The notes: generated by a model from the sequence alone, not told the origin. Shown: positions 49,240 to 62,313, counted from the whole stretch's first letter. The stretch is 63,524 bases of DNA, filler included, from Diploschistes diacapsis (GCA_023645945.1; 23 parts of 23 records of this genome joined end to end with filler, not necessarily neighbours in it); one strand, 5' to 3'. Program-made: numbers and translations.

Positions 49240-49990
49240 TTCTGACACACCCCCATAAACTGAAATAAATTAGTCGGTAATTAGGATTAATGAACTCGCA
49301 CTAATCCTATTGCGGATATGAATTCCTACCATTTTTAGTTAAGTACTGCCTTAGTAAGGCTATCCGCTAGTTGTTAATTAATAAACATATATCTTTATTT
49401 TCATTAGCTGTCCGAACAATATGGTATTAAATATCGATATGTTTTGTTTATTGATAATATATAGGGTTTTTTGCTAGCTCGATCGCTAATTAGCTATCCA
49501 TAAAAATATAGCTGTTCTTTTATCGCCTCGTTTAGCGCCATATATTCTACTACGTAACTACTTAGCGCTATTATTTTTTTGTAAAGTTGATACCCAGAAA
49601 ATGGCGCTAGTCCCGATTAAAAATAAATAACCGATAATTAATTTTCGGCTTTTATAATCCTTTTTTCAATCAGAATCGCAGTAACCTTTTAAGACATAAA
49701 AGATCTAATTATATAATCTATCAAAATTTCAGGTATGACGTAAGTATTGCCAAATGCGGATTAGCGCCGAAAAATGATCTAGGCCGGGATTTTATATAAA
49801 TCTAGCGCATAATTCCATTGGATAGGCTAAATCGGGTCTAATTATAATCGCTAAATATATTAGCGATCTTATTTCTTGCTAATATGCTTTTATTTCTTCC
49901 GCACTAGCATGTTAAGGGTTAGATTTAGCTTTATTTCCATTCGATAAAAATTAACTACGGTTTTAATACCCTTTTAGTATTTTTTTAGGT
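49240..49990 (-). mobile_element. Ty1/copia RT-RNase H fragment (different family)
   Basis: Minus strand: SLIYLAIIIRPDLAY, QLADSLTKAVL; GGGGTG PPT-like tract near 49250. Confidence 0.8.
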
Positions 49991-50284
49991 AACGTATATG
50001 CATAGCGAGCGGACACCCCCCCACCCGATTTTATGAACTTCCAACTTTTATATCAATTTTCTACGCGTATGATTATGGAATCATCTTTAATTAAAAATAG
50101 AATCATAATAACACTTTAAACTATTAAACAAGACCTAAATCTTAATATAAAACGCTTATTTTAGATATATAAGATTCTTTATACNNNNNNNNNNNNNNNN
50201 NNNNNNNNNNNNNNNNNNNNNNNNNNNNTTAATTAATTAANNNNNNNNNNNNNNNNNNNNNNNNNNNNNNNNNNNNNNNNNNNN

Positions 50285-51118
50285 GTAATATGTCAAATCA
50301 TTGTGTGGAGTGAAGATAATGGCTAGCTAAGCGGGGCCAGCGAGCAGTATATAGCCATAGTGGGCAGCATCGTCACAGATGCTGCTGCAGCGACGTCACC
50401 AGCGACGTCAGCTATGCCACTACAAGCCTAGCCAAAAGTAATTATGTTCCCCCTGTCTCTCATTAAAGAAGTTACTTTTTTAAAAAAAATTTTAAAAAAA
50501 TTTTAAAAAAATTTCCGAAAGCTTTAATTTTTGGAATTTCTCGGGGGCCGTACGACGTCGACAATAAAACGAGGATGCAGTTGCTGCATCAAATATTTAA
50601 AAAAATTCTAGAAATTCGAAAACAAGCTTTCTTTATATGTACTTAACAAGTACATTATATGTAGAGAGTGAAACGGAGCAGGTAATGTTCTTAAGACAAC
50701 CGGCTCGAAAGCTCTAATTTGAAATATTTATTAGATGCGGTACTGTGTGTAATACTAATGTATACAAGTGAGGTCCCAAAAGTAATTGGTTATGAAAACA
50801 ACAAAACACGACCTACCAACTTTATCAAGCCATTGCGCGTTTAATAAAGCTTCAATGAATGCGCAAATTAGATCATTTTGAAGCTCTTAAAAAGTAGATA
50901 ATATTAATATTTAGTTTACCATCCTTGCGCGTCTATATAAGCCTATATACGCTTCGATATAGAATGAATTAATATAATATGTAGTGGCATAGCTGACGTC
51001 GCTGGTGACGTCGCTGCAGCAGCATCTATGACGATGCTGCCCATTATGGCTATATGGGCTCGCTGCCCACCTAGCTATTTTGAAATCATCTTCACATCAC
51101 ACAATACAATACATTTAC
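50285..51118. mobile_element. Non-autonomous element with about 140-bp terminal inverted repeats (MULE/foldback-like)
   Basis: 50285-50424 is the reverse complement of 50980-51118; the inner about 80 bp are near-perfect. Confidence 0.7.
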
Positions 51119-51289
51119 TACATAATATTTCGTGCCCGTGTTTTACTATATTATAATAAATACACGGACACGGATACCGTAATTAAAAATTTTAAAACAC
51201 GGATATTAATACGAACATTACATCTCCGTAAATCCACGAACACGGACACCGTAACTAAAAAATCTAAAACACGGATACTAACACGGATA

Positions 51290-51399
51290 ACGTGTTTCAC
51301 GGGGATTCCGGCCACCCCCAGATTCCGGCTACTTCAAATCATTATTTTCATCTTATATTCGATCTTTGTCAATAATGACTACCTCGCATGGTAATAATT
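51290..51399 (+). mobile_element. Fot1/pogo-like TIR inserted at TA inside a hAT-like repeat array (51130-51289)
   Basis: TA|ACGTGTTTCACGGGGATTCCGGCCACCCCCAGATTCCGG. Confidence 0.75.
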
Positions 51400-51927
51400 N
51401 NNNNNNNNNNNNNNNNNNNNNNNNNNNNNNNNNNNNNNNNNNNTTAATTAATTAANNNNNNNNNNNNNNNNNNNNNNNNNNNNNNNNNNNNNNNNNNNNG
51501 GCTATAATATAGAAACGAGTACCTAATATAGAAATACGGATACTTATAAGAACAAAAAAGATACATATATCTACGATAAAAGTACCTAGACTAAACGGAA
51601 GTGGTATATTATAAAAAATATCTATAGATTAGGATAACCCGAATAATAAAAGGCATCCTTTGGAAAGAGCAGCAGGACTAACAACCACATCTGCTCCAGA
51701 TACAGACATACAAGATCAAGCTATTATTAACGAGCCAACATTACGACCCGAGGCTCACGATGTGGCACCTACCTTATAAACCCGAGATACACGATTACGA
51801 GAATAATAACATCGACGTTATAAAATTATTAAGCTAGTTAAACCACGTTTAAAAATAATCGACGTTAAGGACGTATTAATTATAATTAAGATTATTATAA
51901 AAGAAACTTACGATAAACGTTATAAAG

Positions 51928-52613
51928 TGTTTGGCAACGTAATGGATATATTGAAGTCTAGAGGTCTATCTAGGAGGTTATCCTACTTTGCAGACTTTTA
52001 TCCTTATGGGATACGCTAAGCCCTATTACCTACACTATTCCTAAACCGGTCTAGTTGGGATTTTAGGAGGTTCAGCTGAACTGAACCTCCTTCTGGAACT
52101 TAATTAGATTTTTAGCCATGCCTTTTGTTTGTTTGCTTAACATTTCCTTATAAGCGGAATCGTCCGGTATGATTATATAATTTAATTAGATATCTTTTAA
52201 ACTAGATCGAGTTCTTTAATAAAGGTATCGTGCTTCGAGTAATTTAGCGGTTTTATAAACCTATTAGCAACTATTTTATCGGTAGAGACATAAAATATCT
52301 TAATACGTTTCTATTTAACCAGATCTCGTACGTGATGATAAGCAATATCGATATGCTTTAAACGATCGTTGATCTTTACGTGCTTTATTAAGTCTAAAGA
52401 ACCAATATTATCACCGAATAAATGAATAATATATAAAAATGATCTTATAAAATCAAAATAACCAATATTTCTCAAAAACTATAAACATTATAAAGCTTAT
52501 TTAACGGCGTGAAATAAACTAATATACTTAATTTTTATAATTGACGTTTAAACTGAATTTTATTTTTTATTTATTCAGGATATTGATCTATCGTATAGCT
52601 AAAAGTTTAATTA
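51928..52613 (-). mobile_element. Ty1/copia RNase H end plus 3' LTR (51928-52142)
   Basis: Reverse-complement homolog of 44206-44832. Confidence 0.85.
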
Positions 52614-52713
52614 NNNNNNNNNNNNNNNNNNNNNNNNNNNNNNNNNNNNNNNNNNNNTTAATTAATTAANNNNNNNNNNNNNNNNNNNNNNNNNNNNNNN
52701 NNNNNNNNNNNNN

Positions 52714-53136
52714 ATAGATAATTGATTGAAAAGTAATCTTTTGAAAAGAAAAGAACATTAACTATTAATCTCGAAGAATTATTGAAGATTTAAACTATTT
52801 CTTGGCAAAAGTGGCCGGAATCTGGGGGTGGCCGGAATCCCCGTGAAACACGTTACGTAATTTACGTATATATTATTTACTCGATTTCTTTCTTATCTTT
52901 GAACGGGTTTTTTATATAATTATAAATTCAAAAAACGTACAAATAAGGTTTAAAATTATTAAACTTATTCCGTATAATATAAAAGAAATAATTAACAATT
53001 TAGATTTTAAATCTCGTACGTTTACGACTTCGAACTCTCGTCCGACAAATTCCGCATTTATTAATTTAAATACGTTTTATACGGCAATAAATGCTTTACG
53101 AGGTTCTAAAAATCTAAAATCTTAAATTATTAAATA
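52714..53136. mobile_element. Fot1/pogo TIR (ends 52853) abutting a pogo transposase C-terminal relic
   Basis: TIR ...CCCGTGAAACACGT|TA; then LDFFL.FER.F...KNVQ..FK...LIPYN relic on plus strand. Confidence 0.65.
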
Positions 53137-53827
53137 TTTTGGGCAACGCATGTATTGAAGTCTAGATATCTAGAGATCTAACTAGAAGCAATAATCTGCA
53201 TGCAAGCTCTTATACCAATAGGATCCACTAAGCCCTATAGACTTGCACTACTCCCGATTAGGATTAATAAGAACCCCAATAAGTTCAGCTGAACTGAACC
53301 TGAACCTAAGGTTTAGCTGAATTTCCCAGCTATGTATTCTACTTACCTGCTCAACACTCCCCCACGGGCGGAATTATCGACATGTTTACCTAATTCAGCT
53401 GGATGCCTTCTATACTAATTTAAGTTTTTTAACGAACATGTCGTGTTTGACGTAATTTAATGATTTCGTTAATCCGTCGGCAACTATCTTTTCTATAGAT
53501 ATATAAATAATATTAATACGGCCTCGTTTAACTAGATCTGGTATATAATAATAAATAATATTAATATATTTTAATTTATTATTAATTTTCGCGTGCTTTA
53601 TTAGATCTAAAAAACCAATATTATCTTTTAATAATTTAATAATAAATAAATATAATTTTATAAATTTTAAATATCTAATATCTTTTAAAAACTATGCGTA
53701 CCTTACGGCCTACTTCACGACATATAATAATCTAATATATTTAACTTTAGTTGTCGAGATAGAAACTAAACTTTATTTTTTACTTATTTATAATATTAGG
53801 CCACCATATAACTAAAAGATATATCTA
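53137..53827 (-). mobile_element. Ty1/copia RNase H end, PPT and 3' LTR (53137-53356)
   Basis: Reverse-complement homolog of 47854-48384; CTCCCCC PPT complement at 53357. Confidence 0.85.
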
Positions 53828-54421
53828 NNNNNNNNNNNNNNNNNNNNNNNNNNNNNNNNNNNNNNNNNNNNTTAATTAATTAANNNNNNNNNNNNNNNNN
53901 NNNNNNNNNNNNNNNNNNNNNNNNNNNTAAGAAAAATGAATCTAAGAAAGAAAAGGACGAAAAAAAATTGGAAAACGATAATCATATTTTATGCTTTTAA
54001 TAGCACTGTTGTCATAATATAGATTAAAAGACGAAAAAGAGGAAGAAAAAGAAAATAATTAAAAAAAATATAAAAATCGTTAATTCGATTTATTATACTA
54101 ATGTAAGTTAAGCGATTGTAACGGTCGGTATAGTTTATTTTATAAATTTTATAATTATATTAATTAACGGCGAGGGGATTATTATTAATCGCGATTTAAT
54201 CGCGATTATAAACTTTAAATCCTTATTTAGATATCTTTCGTTCCGCGGACTAAATTTATAAAATTAAATTAATTAACGTTATTATTTCTTAATAATCTGA
54301 TATTCCGACGTAATTATACATTTAAATATTAATAAGTTATTAATATTTATACTTTCTCGTTATAATAGATACCGGTATATATCGTTAAATATTTAAAGTC
54401 TGATAAGAATTCTAAAAGATC

Positions 54422-55040
54422 TGAAACGCCAGCGCAGGAAAGGATGTTACTCTACCGGGGGCTGAGCCTGATCCGGAAGGATTAAATGTAGCTTGGGTAT
54501 CTATAGGTAAAAGGTCTCGATTCGAAAAGCTGAAGAAAAAATTATTTAAATAAAAGGAGGGTACCGTTAAGTAATATGAATATTAAGTCTATCGGGGTTC
54601 GGGAACTACTTATCTACACAACCACCCTTTAACCCTACCGTATCTTAACAAGCACCTGGGTATTAACCCTGCCGTGTCTTAACAAACACCTAGGCATTAA
54701 TTCTGCCGTGGCTTGGCAAGCACCTGGGCATTAACCTTACCGTGGCTTGGCAAGCCCCTAAACACTAACCCTGCCGTGGTTTAACAGGCCCCTAGGCTGG
54801 GCTGTCTTACTACCCCCTTTTCTAGATGCTTGTGTTTCTTACAAACGCGATGCTCTTTTTTAGTCAATCTTTATTTCGATCTTTATTTTTTTTTTTAATT
54901 TATTTAAAAGTATACCCGTTGTTTTTTCGTAATAGATGTTTCCGTCTTTTTAAACTTCTTTTAACGTCGTTTTTAATTAAATCTATTTTTAAATTTTATA
55001 ATAAAGTATAATCGTCGTAATAATCGATATCGTTTTATTT
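54422..55040 (-). mobile_element. Gypsy family E 3' end: LTR 54422-54809, PPT and internal flank
   Basis: Reverse-complement homolog of 57566-58193, including the 34-bp tandem repeats. Confidence 0.8.
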
Positions 55041-55140
55041 NNNNNNNNNNNNNNNNNNNNNNNNNNNNNNNNNNNNNNNNNNNNTTAATTAATTAANNNN
55101 NNNNNNNNNNNNNNNNNNNNNNNNNNNNNNNNNNNNNNNN

Positions 55141-55280
55141 TGGGTGCCAGCCCTACGTGGTTCGGGTCCTACCCGCCTACACAGCCACCCCCTAACATCC
55201 TTGGCACGGTTGGTACCCGTCATGTGACCCTGCCGTCATGTGACCCCGGTGGCTTGGCACGCCTGGGCTGATCTGTCTCA
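55141..55280 (-). mobile_element. LTR family E variant, 5' part, truncated by gap
   Basis: Reverse complement of 55440-55595; ends GATCTGTCTCA. Confidence 0.75.
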
Positions 55281-55439
55281 ATAAACGATAATATAAACTA
55301 TTATAATCGTTTATAATAAATAAATAACGCGTTTCGGGTCGATTCGGTTTAATTAAAAACTTAAAAATATATATAAGCCATTAATAACCGTATCTATCTA
55401 TTATTTATCTTTTATTATTAATATTAAATAGACAGTTTC

Positions 55440-55752
55440 TGAGACAGATCAGCCCAGGCGTACCAAGCCACCGGGGTCACGTGACGGCAGTGTCACATGA
55501 CGTCAGGGTCACATGACGGGTACCAACCGTGCCAAGGATGCTAGGGGGTGGCTGTGTAGGCGGGTAGAACCCGAACCCCGTAGGGCTAGCACCCACACAC
55601 TATTTAGTCCTGCCACCCTCCCACCTAGATAATTTCTTCTCTAACTTTTCGAATCGAGACCTTTTACCTACAGATACCTAGCTACACGTAATCCTTCCGG
55701 ATCAGGCCCAGCCCCCGGTAGTGTAGTATTCCATTCCTGCGCTGGCGTTTCA
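55440..55752 (+). mobile_element. LTR family E variant, complete (313 bp)
   Basis: TGAGACAG...GGCGTTTCA; 3' half shared with 57792-58193. Confidence 0.8.
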
Positions 55753-57565
55753 GAAATATATTTATTCGGGATTTTAATAATTAATAAATATCTCGTTTAT
55801 GGCTCGTCGGTTTACCGGTTTATAAATATAATGTTTTTTATAATAAACGTCGTAAGTTAAACGAATCGTTAAGATACCGTTATGGAAATATAAACGGGTT
55901 AGGATTTGTTTCGTATATCGGATATAGGCGAATTATTTAATTAATCTTCCGAAATAGCGATGCGTTGGCTTGTTAGTAACGATCCGATATTATATCGTTA
56001 TTTTTACCTTTTTAGGACGAATGTTTTTATTTTTAAAGGTAATAGAGACGTCTTCGCTTCTAAATATGGTAATAAAGTTTCTACGAGAATAAAACAAATA
56101 ACTAACGAAAATAAGAATAAAAAATAAAAAAAAAGATAAAGAAAATGAAACTTTTATACTAAACCCACGTTAGTAATAAATCAATAATAATAATATATTA
56201 AAGTGTTAACGACTCGCCGTCGACGCGTTAGCCAGAAATTAATAAATATTAACNNNNNNNNNNNNNNNNNNNNNNNNNNNNNNNNNNNNNNNNNNNNTTA
56301 ATTAATTAANNNNNNNNNNNNNNNNNNNNNNNNNNNNNNNNNNNNNNNNNNNNGGATATTAAATTTAAATTTCTAATATATACAAATTAGAATATATTTA
56401 TTTATTTATTTAATCTTATTCTAATCTATCCCTCGGGGGGCATATAGGACTAACTATGCGTCTTCTCTAAAGAAAAAACCTTTGGAGTGCTAAAACCCTA
56501 GAATTCGGCGTTTACCGCTTTACTGACGATTCGGTTCTTATCCGTTCCTACGTCGTCTATAATATCTCGTCGGGATACTATTACCTAGCTAGCCGGGACA
56601 TCGTAAAATAAAAAAAACGCGAAATTATACTAGGTAAAGCGGTCTATACGTATAATCTAGCCGGAAAGGATTCGGATCCCTTACGGATCTATCGTTAATC
56701 ATTTTTAGTTTAATCTTTCTTAATTTCTTAATTCTTTTTTATTATATAGGGTATAGAAAATGGTTATATATCGGACCGTTTCTAATTCGCCGTTATAACG
56801 GTATCTTAACGATTCGATTCCGGGGACGTTTTATTTTTTAAAACATTTATTCAACCCGTTTATACCGATTCTTACCTAAATCGTTATTGAGCTTTTTACT
56901 TTTCTTAACCCCCGGTACAAATCGAGAACCTTGCGGTCTTTCGATGTTATAACGATATCCCCTTCTCGCCCCCTCTCCGGGCCAAGGGAGAACATAATAT
57001 CTTAAAATCTTAAAATATTATGCGCGGACCGGGAATTCCGCGTTAGTTTTCAGCATAACATAGGATTTTAGGGTCCTATACCCATCGTCTGTTTTTATAC
57101 GTTTAAATAAGCGAAGTTTATCCGTATCTAGATCCTTCCCGATTTACTCCTTAAATATATCTCGTTTATTTACGTTTAAACGTTTAAATCTTTCGACATA
57201 CCGACGCGCGCGTCCGTTCTCTTAAATTATATAAATAATATCTTCGACAAAAATATAATCTCCTTCCCTTCGAAACGCACCAAAGATTAAAACTTAATAA
57301 AAAATAAGGTTTTTAAAGCTAACAATCGTTATTATTATATATCACGCCTCGCGTAGGATTCGAAGATCTTCCGTTTCGCGTTATTTATAACGATTTCTCG
57401 ATAATAAGTTAATTACGTTTTATAAAAGCTCCGTCCGTTATATTTTTAATTAAATAACGTAATACNNNNNNNNNNNNNNNNNNNNNNNNNNNNNNNNNNN
57501 NNNNNNNNNTTAATTAATTAANNNNNNNNNNNNNNNNNNNNNNNNNNNNNNNNNNNNNNNNNNNN

Positions 57566-58193
57566 TAATTTTTCTTTTTTAGAATGGAAGTAACCCGCGT
57601 TTTAGATAAAATGTCATCTATATCGTTATTATTTTTAAAATAAATGAATGACTTGTAATTAATATTTATTATAAAAGAACAACGGGTATTCTTTTAAATA
57701 AATTTAAAAAAAAGATAAAAATCGAAATAAAAATTGATTAAAAAAGAATATCGCGTTTATAAGAAACATAAGCATCTAGAAAGAGGGGTAGTGAGACAGC
57801 CTAGCCCAGGGGCCTGTTAAGCTGGGCTTGCCAAGCCACGGCAGGGTTAGTGCCCAGGTGCTTGCCAAGCCACGACAGGGTTAGTGCCCAGGGGCTTGCC
57901 AAGCCACGGCAGGGTTAATGCCTAGGTGTTTGCCAAGACACGGCAGGGTTAATGCCCAGGTGCTTGCCAAGACACGGCAGGGTCAGGAAATGGTTGTGTA
58001 GACGGGTAATTCTCGAACCCCGGTAGATCTAACACCCACACTACTTAACGGTACTTTTCTCCCATTTAGATAATTTTTTCTTCAGCTTTTCGAATCGAGA
58101 ACTTTTATTTATAGATACCCAAGCTACATCTAATCCTTCCGGATCAGGCCCAGCCCCCGGTAGAGTAACATCCTTTCCTGCGCTGGCGTTTCA
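57566..58193 (+). mobile_element. Gypsy family E 3' end: chromodomain-like relic, PPT, LTR 57792-58193
   Basis: EWK/E.TRVLDK-like relic; AGAAAGAGGGGTAG PPT directly before TGAGACAG; LTR ends GGCGTTTCA. Confidence 0.75.
57826..57983 (+). repeat. 34-bp tandem repeat (about 4.6 copies) inside LTR
   Basis: GCCAAG(C/A)CACG recurs at 57830, 57864, 57898, 57932 and 57966. Confidence 0.9.
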
Positions 58194-58677
58194 TAAAGAT
58201 AATTATCGAAAACTATGTTAAAATAATAACGAACTTAACGAATTTCTAATTTAATTCACTGTACTTGTTATCGAAACAAGGATCCTCGAAAATAATTAAA
58301 TATTAGATATAAAAGAAAAACTGGCCGATCGTTTTTAGACCGTTTTCCTAAACTGAAACCCCGAGACGATTTAAGAGATAAAAAATTAATTACATATATT
58401 CGACCGTTACCTGAAAGTAAAAGACCGAAACAAGATAATTACTTTCGCGATCAACACCCGAAACAATAGTTTATATATTTCTCGTCCCCGGAGGACATTT
58501 AGAGATCGTAGTAAAAAAGAACCTAAAACTTTCGTCGACGTAACCAGCGAAAAACCGACCATGTCTATTAAGGAATAAATTAATAATAAAACCTATTATA
58601 ACTGTCATAAGAAGGGACATTTCGATAGTAATTATTTCGAGCGAGAACCCAAGTCGGAAAAAGAGTAACCTCCTTAT
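58194..58677 (+). mobile_element. Retrotransposon gag C-terminus with zinc knuckle
   Basis: YYNCHKKGHFDSNY (RIP-altered CX2CX4HX4C) near 58593-58635. Confidence 0.7.
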
Positions 58678-58777
58678 NNNNNNNNNNNNNNNNNNNNNNN
58701 NNNNNNNNNNNNNNNNNNNNNTTAATTAATTAANNNNNNNNNNNNNNNNNNNNNNNNNNNNNNNNNNNNNNNNNNNN

Positions 58778-59092
58778 CCTTTATTTCTTACGTTTTTATT
58801 TTTTTATCGCGGTGTTTCGATAGATTCACGATAATATTTCGATAAATTTACAATAATATAATATCCGTAATAATATCGTGTTTAAAAATTTTTGGCGGTA
58901 ATATCCGTGAAAATATCCGTATTTTAAAATTTTTAGTCGTAATATCCGTGTCCGTGCTTTTACTACAGTGTAGTGTCCGTAAAAGTATCCGTGTTTTAAA
59001 ATTTTAACGGTAGTGTCCGTGGCAGTGTCGTGTTTTAAAAATTTTCTCGGTAGTGTCCGTGGAAGTGTCCGTGGCACGAAACGGCCAGCCTA
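58778..59092 (-). mobile_element. hAT-like element, left end
   Basis: CCGTGT repeats ending GGCACGAAACGGCCAGCCTA. Confidence 0.75.
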
Positions 59093-59246
59093 ATTTAAAT
59101 CCTAGGCGTTCGGATCTCTTCGATTTAAGTTTATCTTAAGCCAGCGTACTCGAATCCGCATTTATAACCGTTTTAGCTGCCGGGAAGACTTATTTCTAAT
59201 GATTAAAAATGCAGTGGTTCGAGTAGGCTAATTCGAGTTTATAACC

Positions 59247-59526
59247 TATTTGGTAACGTAATGGATATATTGTAGTTTAGAGGTCTTATCTTAAGAAATA
59301 ATTTTATTATATAGACTTTTATATTTCACGGGACTCGCTAAGCTTTATTATTTATATTACATTTCATCGGTTTAGTTAGGATTTCACCGGATTTTATGAA
59401 ATTTAACTGAATTAAATTGAACTAAATCTCGATAAGTTCACCTGAACTGAACTTCCCGGGTTCTCCCGGTGAACCTCTTGGAACAAGCCGAGCTCACAGC
59501 CATGCCTTCCGTCTGCCTACTCAACA
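59247..59526 (-). mobile_element. Copia-associated LTR (solo-like)
   Basis: TATTTGGTAACG...CTACTCAACA, homologous to 51928-52142. Confidence 0.7.
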
Positions 59527-59616
59527 ATTTTTAATACGTTAAATAATCTTTTAATTCGTACGCGCGTTTTTTATTCTTTTTTCGTTTATTAAATGCCTTA
59601 TTTATCGTACGAAATT

Positions 59617-59889
59617 GTTATGATCTCTATCTCTACAAGGTAGACACGAGGTATTGATTAAGATAGGTTTGGTCTCGTATAGAAGAGGAATATAGGAAAG
59701 AAAAGAAATAGATCGGTTATAGGTCTGTATTGATCTCTAAAAATATTACTATCTGTTAATAGAAGGTAACAAATATAAATTAATCTCGAGTAATCGTTAA
59801 AAATATTTATGAAAGTAAACACGCCCCGACTTAAGAAAACCATAGCAGTATTTCTATATAATATAAAACGATAATTAATTATCGACAAC
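59617..59889 (-). mobile_element. LTR family A, 3' half
   Basis: TGTTATGATCTCTATCTCTAC is the reverse complement of the family A 3' end. Confidence 0.75.
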
Positions 59890-59989
59890 NNNNNNNNNNN
59901 NNNNNNNNNNNNNNNNNNNNNNNNNNNNNNNNNTTAATTAATTAANNNNNNNNNNNNNNNNNNNNNNNNNNNNNNNNNNNNNNNNNNNN

Positions 59990-60457
59990 CTGTAATAAAA
60001 GCACGGACACGGATATTATAATTAAAAATTTTAAAATATTAATATTAACACGGACACTATATTTCCGTAAATTTACCGAAATATTACAATAAATACATCG
60101 AAACATCGTAATAAAGAAATTTTAAAAAAATAAAAACGTAAAAAATAAACGTAATAATTCTAGAATTATCAAAATTAAAAAAATAATTTAAAATGTTTCG
60201 ATAAATGCACGGACACGGACACCGTAATAAAAAAAATTTTCGACATGAATACTGACACGAACATTACATTATAATAAAAACACGGACACGGATATTGTAA
60301 TTAAAAATTTTAAAATATTAATATTAATACGGATACTGTACTTCCGTGAATCCGCGGACACGGACATCGCAGCTAAATTATCTAAAACACGGATACTGAC
60401 ACTCTTAGTGTCCGTGTCACTGACACGGCCGTGTCAGTGTCAGTGACGGCCAGCCTA
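59990..60457 (+). mobile_element. hAT-like MITE, right part
   Basis: ACACGG arrays ending GTGACGGCCAGCCTA. Confidence 0.75.
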
Positions 60458-61201
60458 CGTTATACGTTAAATAATAATTCTTAAAATCGAGATCAAGATA
60501 TTTAATACGACGAATAAAATATTTTGGCCGAAGTTTTAAACTTTGATTTAATTAAGTCTATTATAAACACCAGGCGCGCTGTCTAGGGAGACTTCCCTTG
60601 CTGTAGTAGGTAGGTAGTCGCAGGTGGTGTAGTAAGGGAATGTAATGTGATCTCGTAGTCAACAGCATACCTAAGTAGGACATTTGTGAGGTGTAGGATG
60701 TATTGATTGTCTAGAACTACCTAACAGACCTCCTTATATAGAATTGTTTTGAGGGACTCGCCTCCCACCAAATTTATAGCCTACTTTTATGTTTATATAC
60801 GACCCTCCCTTCAATAGTTCGCTGTTCTATAGCGAACTTTATATAAATCTTATTAATAAAAAACTTAAATCCCGTTATTTTCTTATTTTAACGTAATCTT
60901 ATACCTTCTAAACAACGGTAATACTTAGAGGTCTATCTTCTTCAATATTTCTTCCTCGACGTAACAATATTCCTGAACTTAGTCCCCTGCATTTCACTCT
61001 CTCGAATCACGGTAGGACAGAAGGGCGATAATTATCTAAAAATATCCCTAATTTTTACCGTATCTCTACCATTCGTAAATACCCTTCTAAAAACCTTCTT
61101 ANNNNNNNNNNNNNNNNNNNNNNNNNNNNNNNNNNNNNNNNNNNNTTAATTAATTAANNNNNNNNNNNNNNNNNNNNNNNNNNNNNNNNNNNNNNNNNNN
61201 N

Positions 61202-61725
61202 CTTTATTTATTATTAAATTATTAAAAGATAATATTAATTCTTTAGATCTAATAAAGCACGCGAGGATCAACGATAGATTAAAGTATATCGATATTATTT
61301 ATTATTATATACGGGATTTGGTTAAACGAGGCCGTATTAATATTGTTTATATATTTATAAATAAAATGATTATCGACGGATTAACGAAATTATTAAATTA
61401 CGTTAAGCACGATATGTTTATTAAAGAACTTGAATTAGTATAAAAGGCATCCAGTTGGATTAGGTGAACATGCCGATGGTTCCGCCCGTGAGGGAGTGTT
61501 GAGCAGATAAGTAGAATATATAACTGGGAAGTTTAGCTGAACCTCAGGTTTAGGTTCAGTTCAGCTGAACCTACTGGGGTTCCTATTAATCTTAATCGGG
61601 AGTAGTGCAAGTCTGTGGGGCTTAGTGGATCCTATTGGTATAAGAAGCTTGCATGTAGACTCTTCCTTCTAACTAGACTACTAGACCTCTAGATATCTAG
61701 ACTTCAATACATGCGTTGCCCAAAA
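61202..61725 (+). mobile_element. Ty1/copia RNase H end, PPT and 3' LTR (61497-61725)
   Basis: GAGGGAG|TGTTGAGCAG; homologous to 47854-48384. Confidence 0.85.
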
Positions 61726-61857
61726 GTCTTTATAGATTATCCGGCGCCTCGAGAAGCCGTCGGCGCTATATATATCTTTATAAAATATAAAAAGTAGGTA
61801 TTTACGTTAGTTTTTATATCTTAAGGCTCTTAATCTCGCGATAAGGATTATAATAAT

Positions 61858-62313
61858 TAGGCTGGCCGTTTCGTGCCACGGTCACTGACACGGACACTGC
61901 AGCAAAAATTTTTAAAACACGGACATTGACACGGACACGATAATTAAAATTTCAAAACACGGATACTAACACGGACATTACCTTTTTATAAATTCACGGA
62001 CACGGATACCGTAATTAAAAAATTTAAAACACGGACACTAACACGGATACTATAATTAAAAAATTTAAAACACGGATATTAACACGGACATTATATTTCC
62101 GTAAATTTATTAATACGGATACTACATTATAATAAAAACAAGAAAACATTTTTTTTTTTTAATATTTTTAAAATTATTACGCTTATTTCTCACGTTTTTA
62201 TTTTTTAAAAATTATTTTTAAAAACACGGACACGGATACGGACACCGCAATTAAAAATTTTAAAATACGGATACTAATACGGACATTATATTTCCGTGAA
62301 TCCACGGATACGG
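61858..62313 (+). mobile_element. hAT-like MITE, left part
   Basis: TAGGCTGGCCGTTTCGTGCCACGG terminus plus ACACGG repeats. Confidence 0.78.

Noticed and set aside
57826..57983. AGGGTTA as an interstitial telomere
   Set aside because: A single partial unit per 34-bp repeat; no (TTAGGG)n tract.
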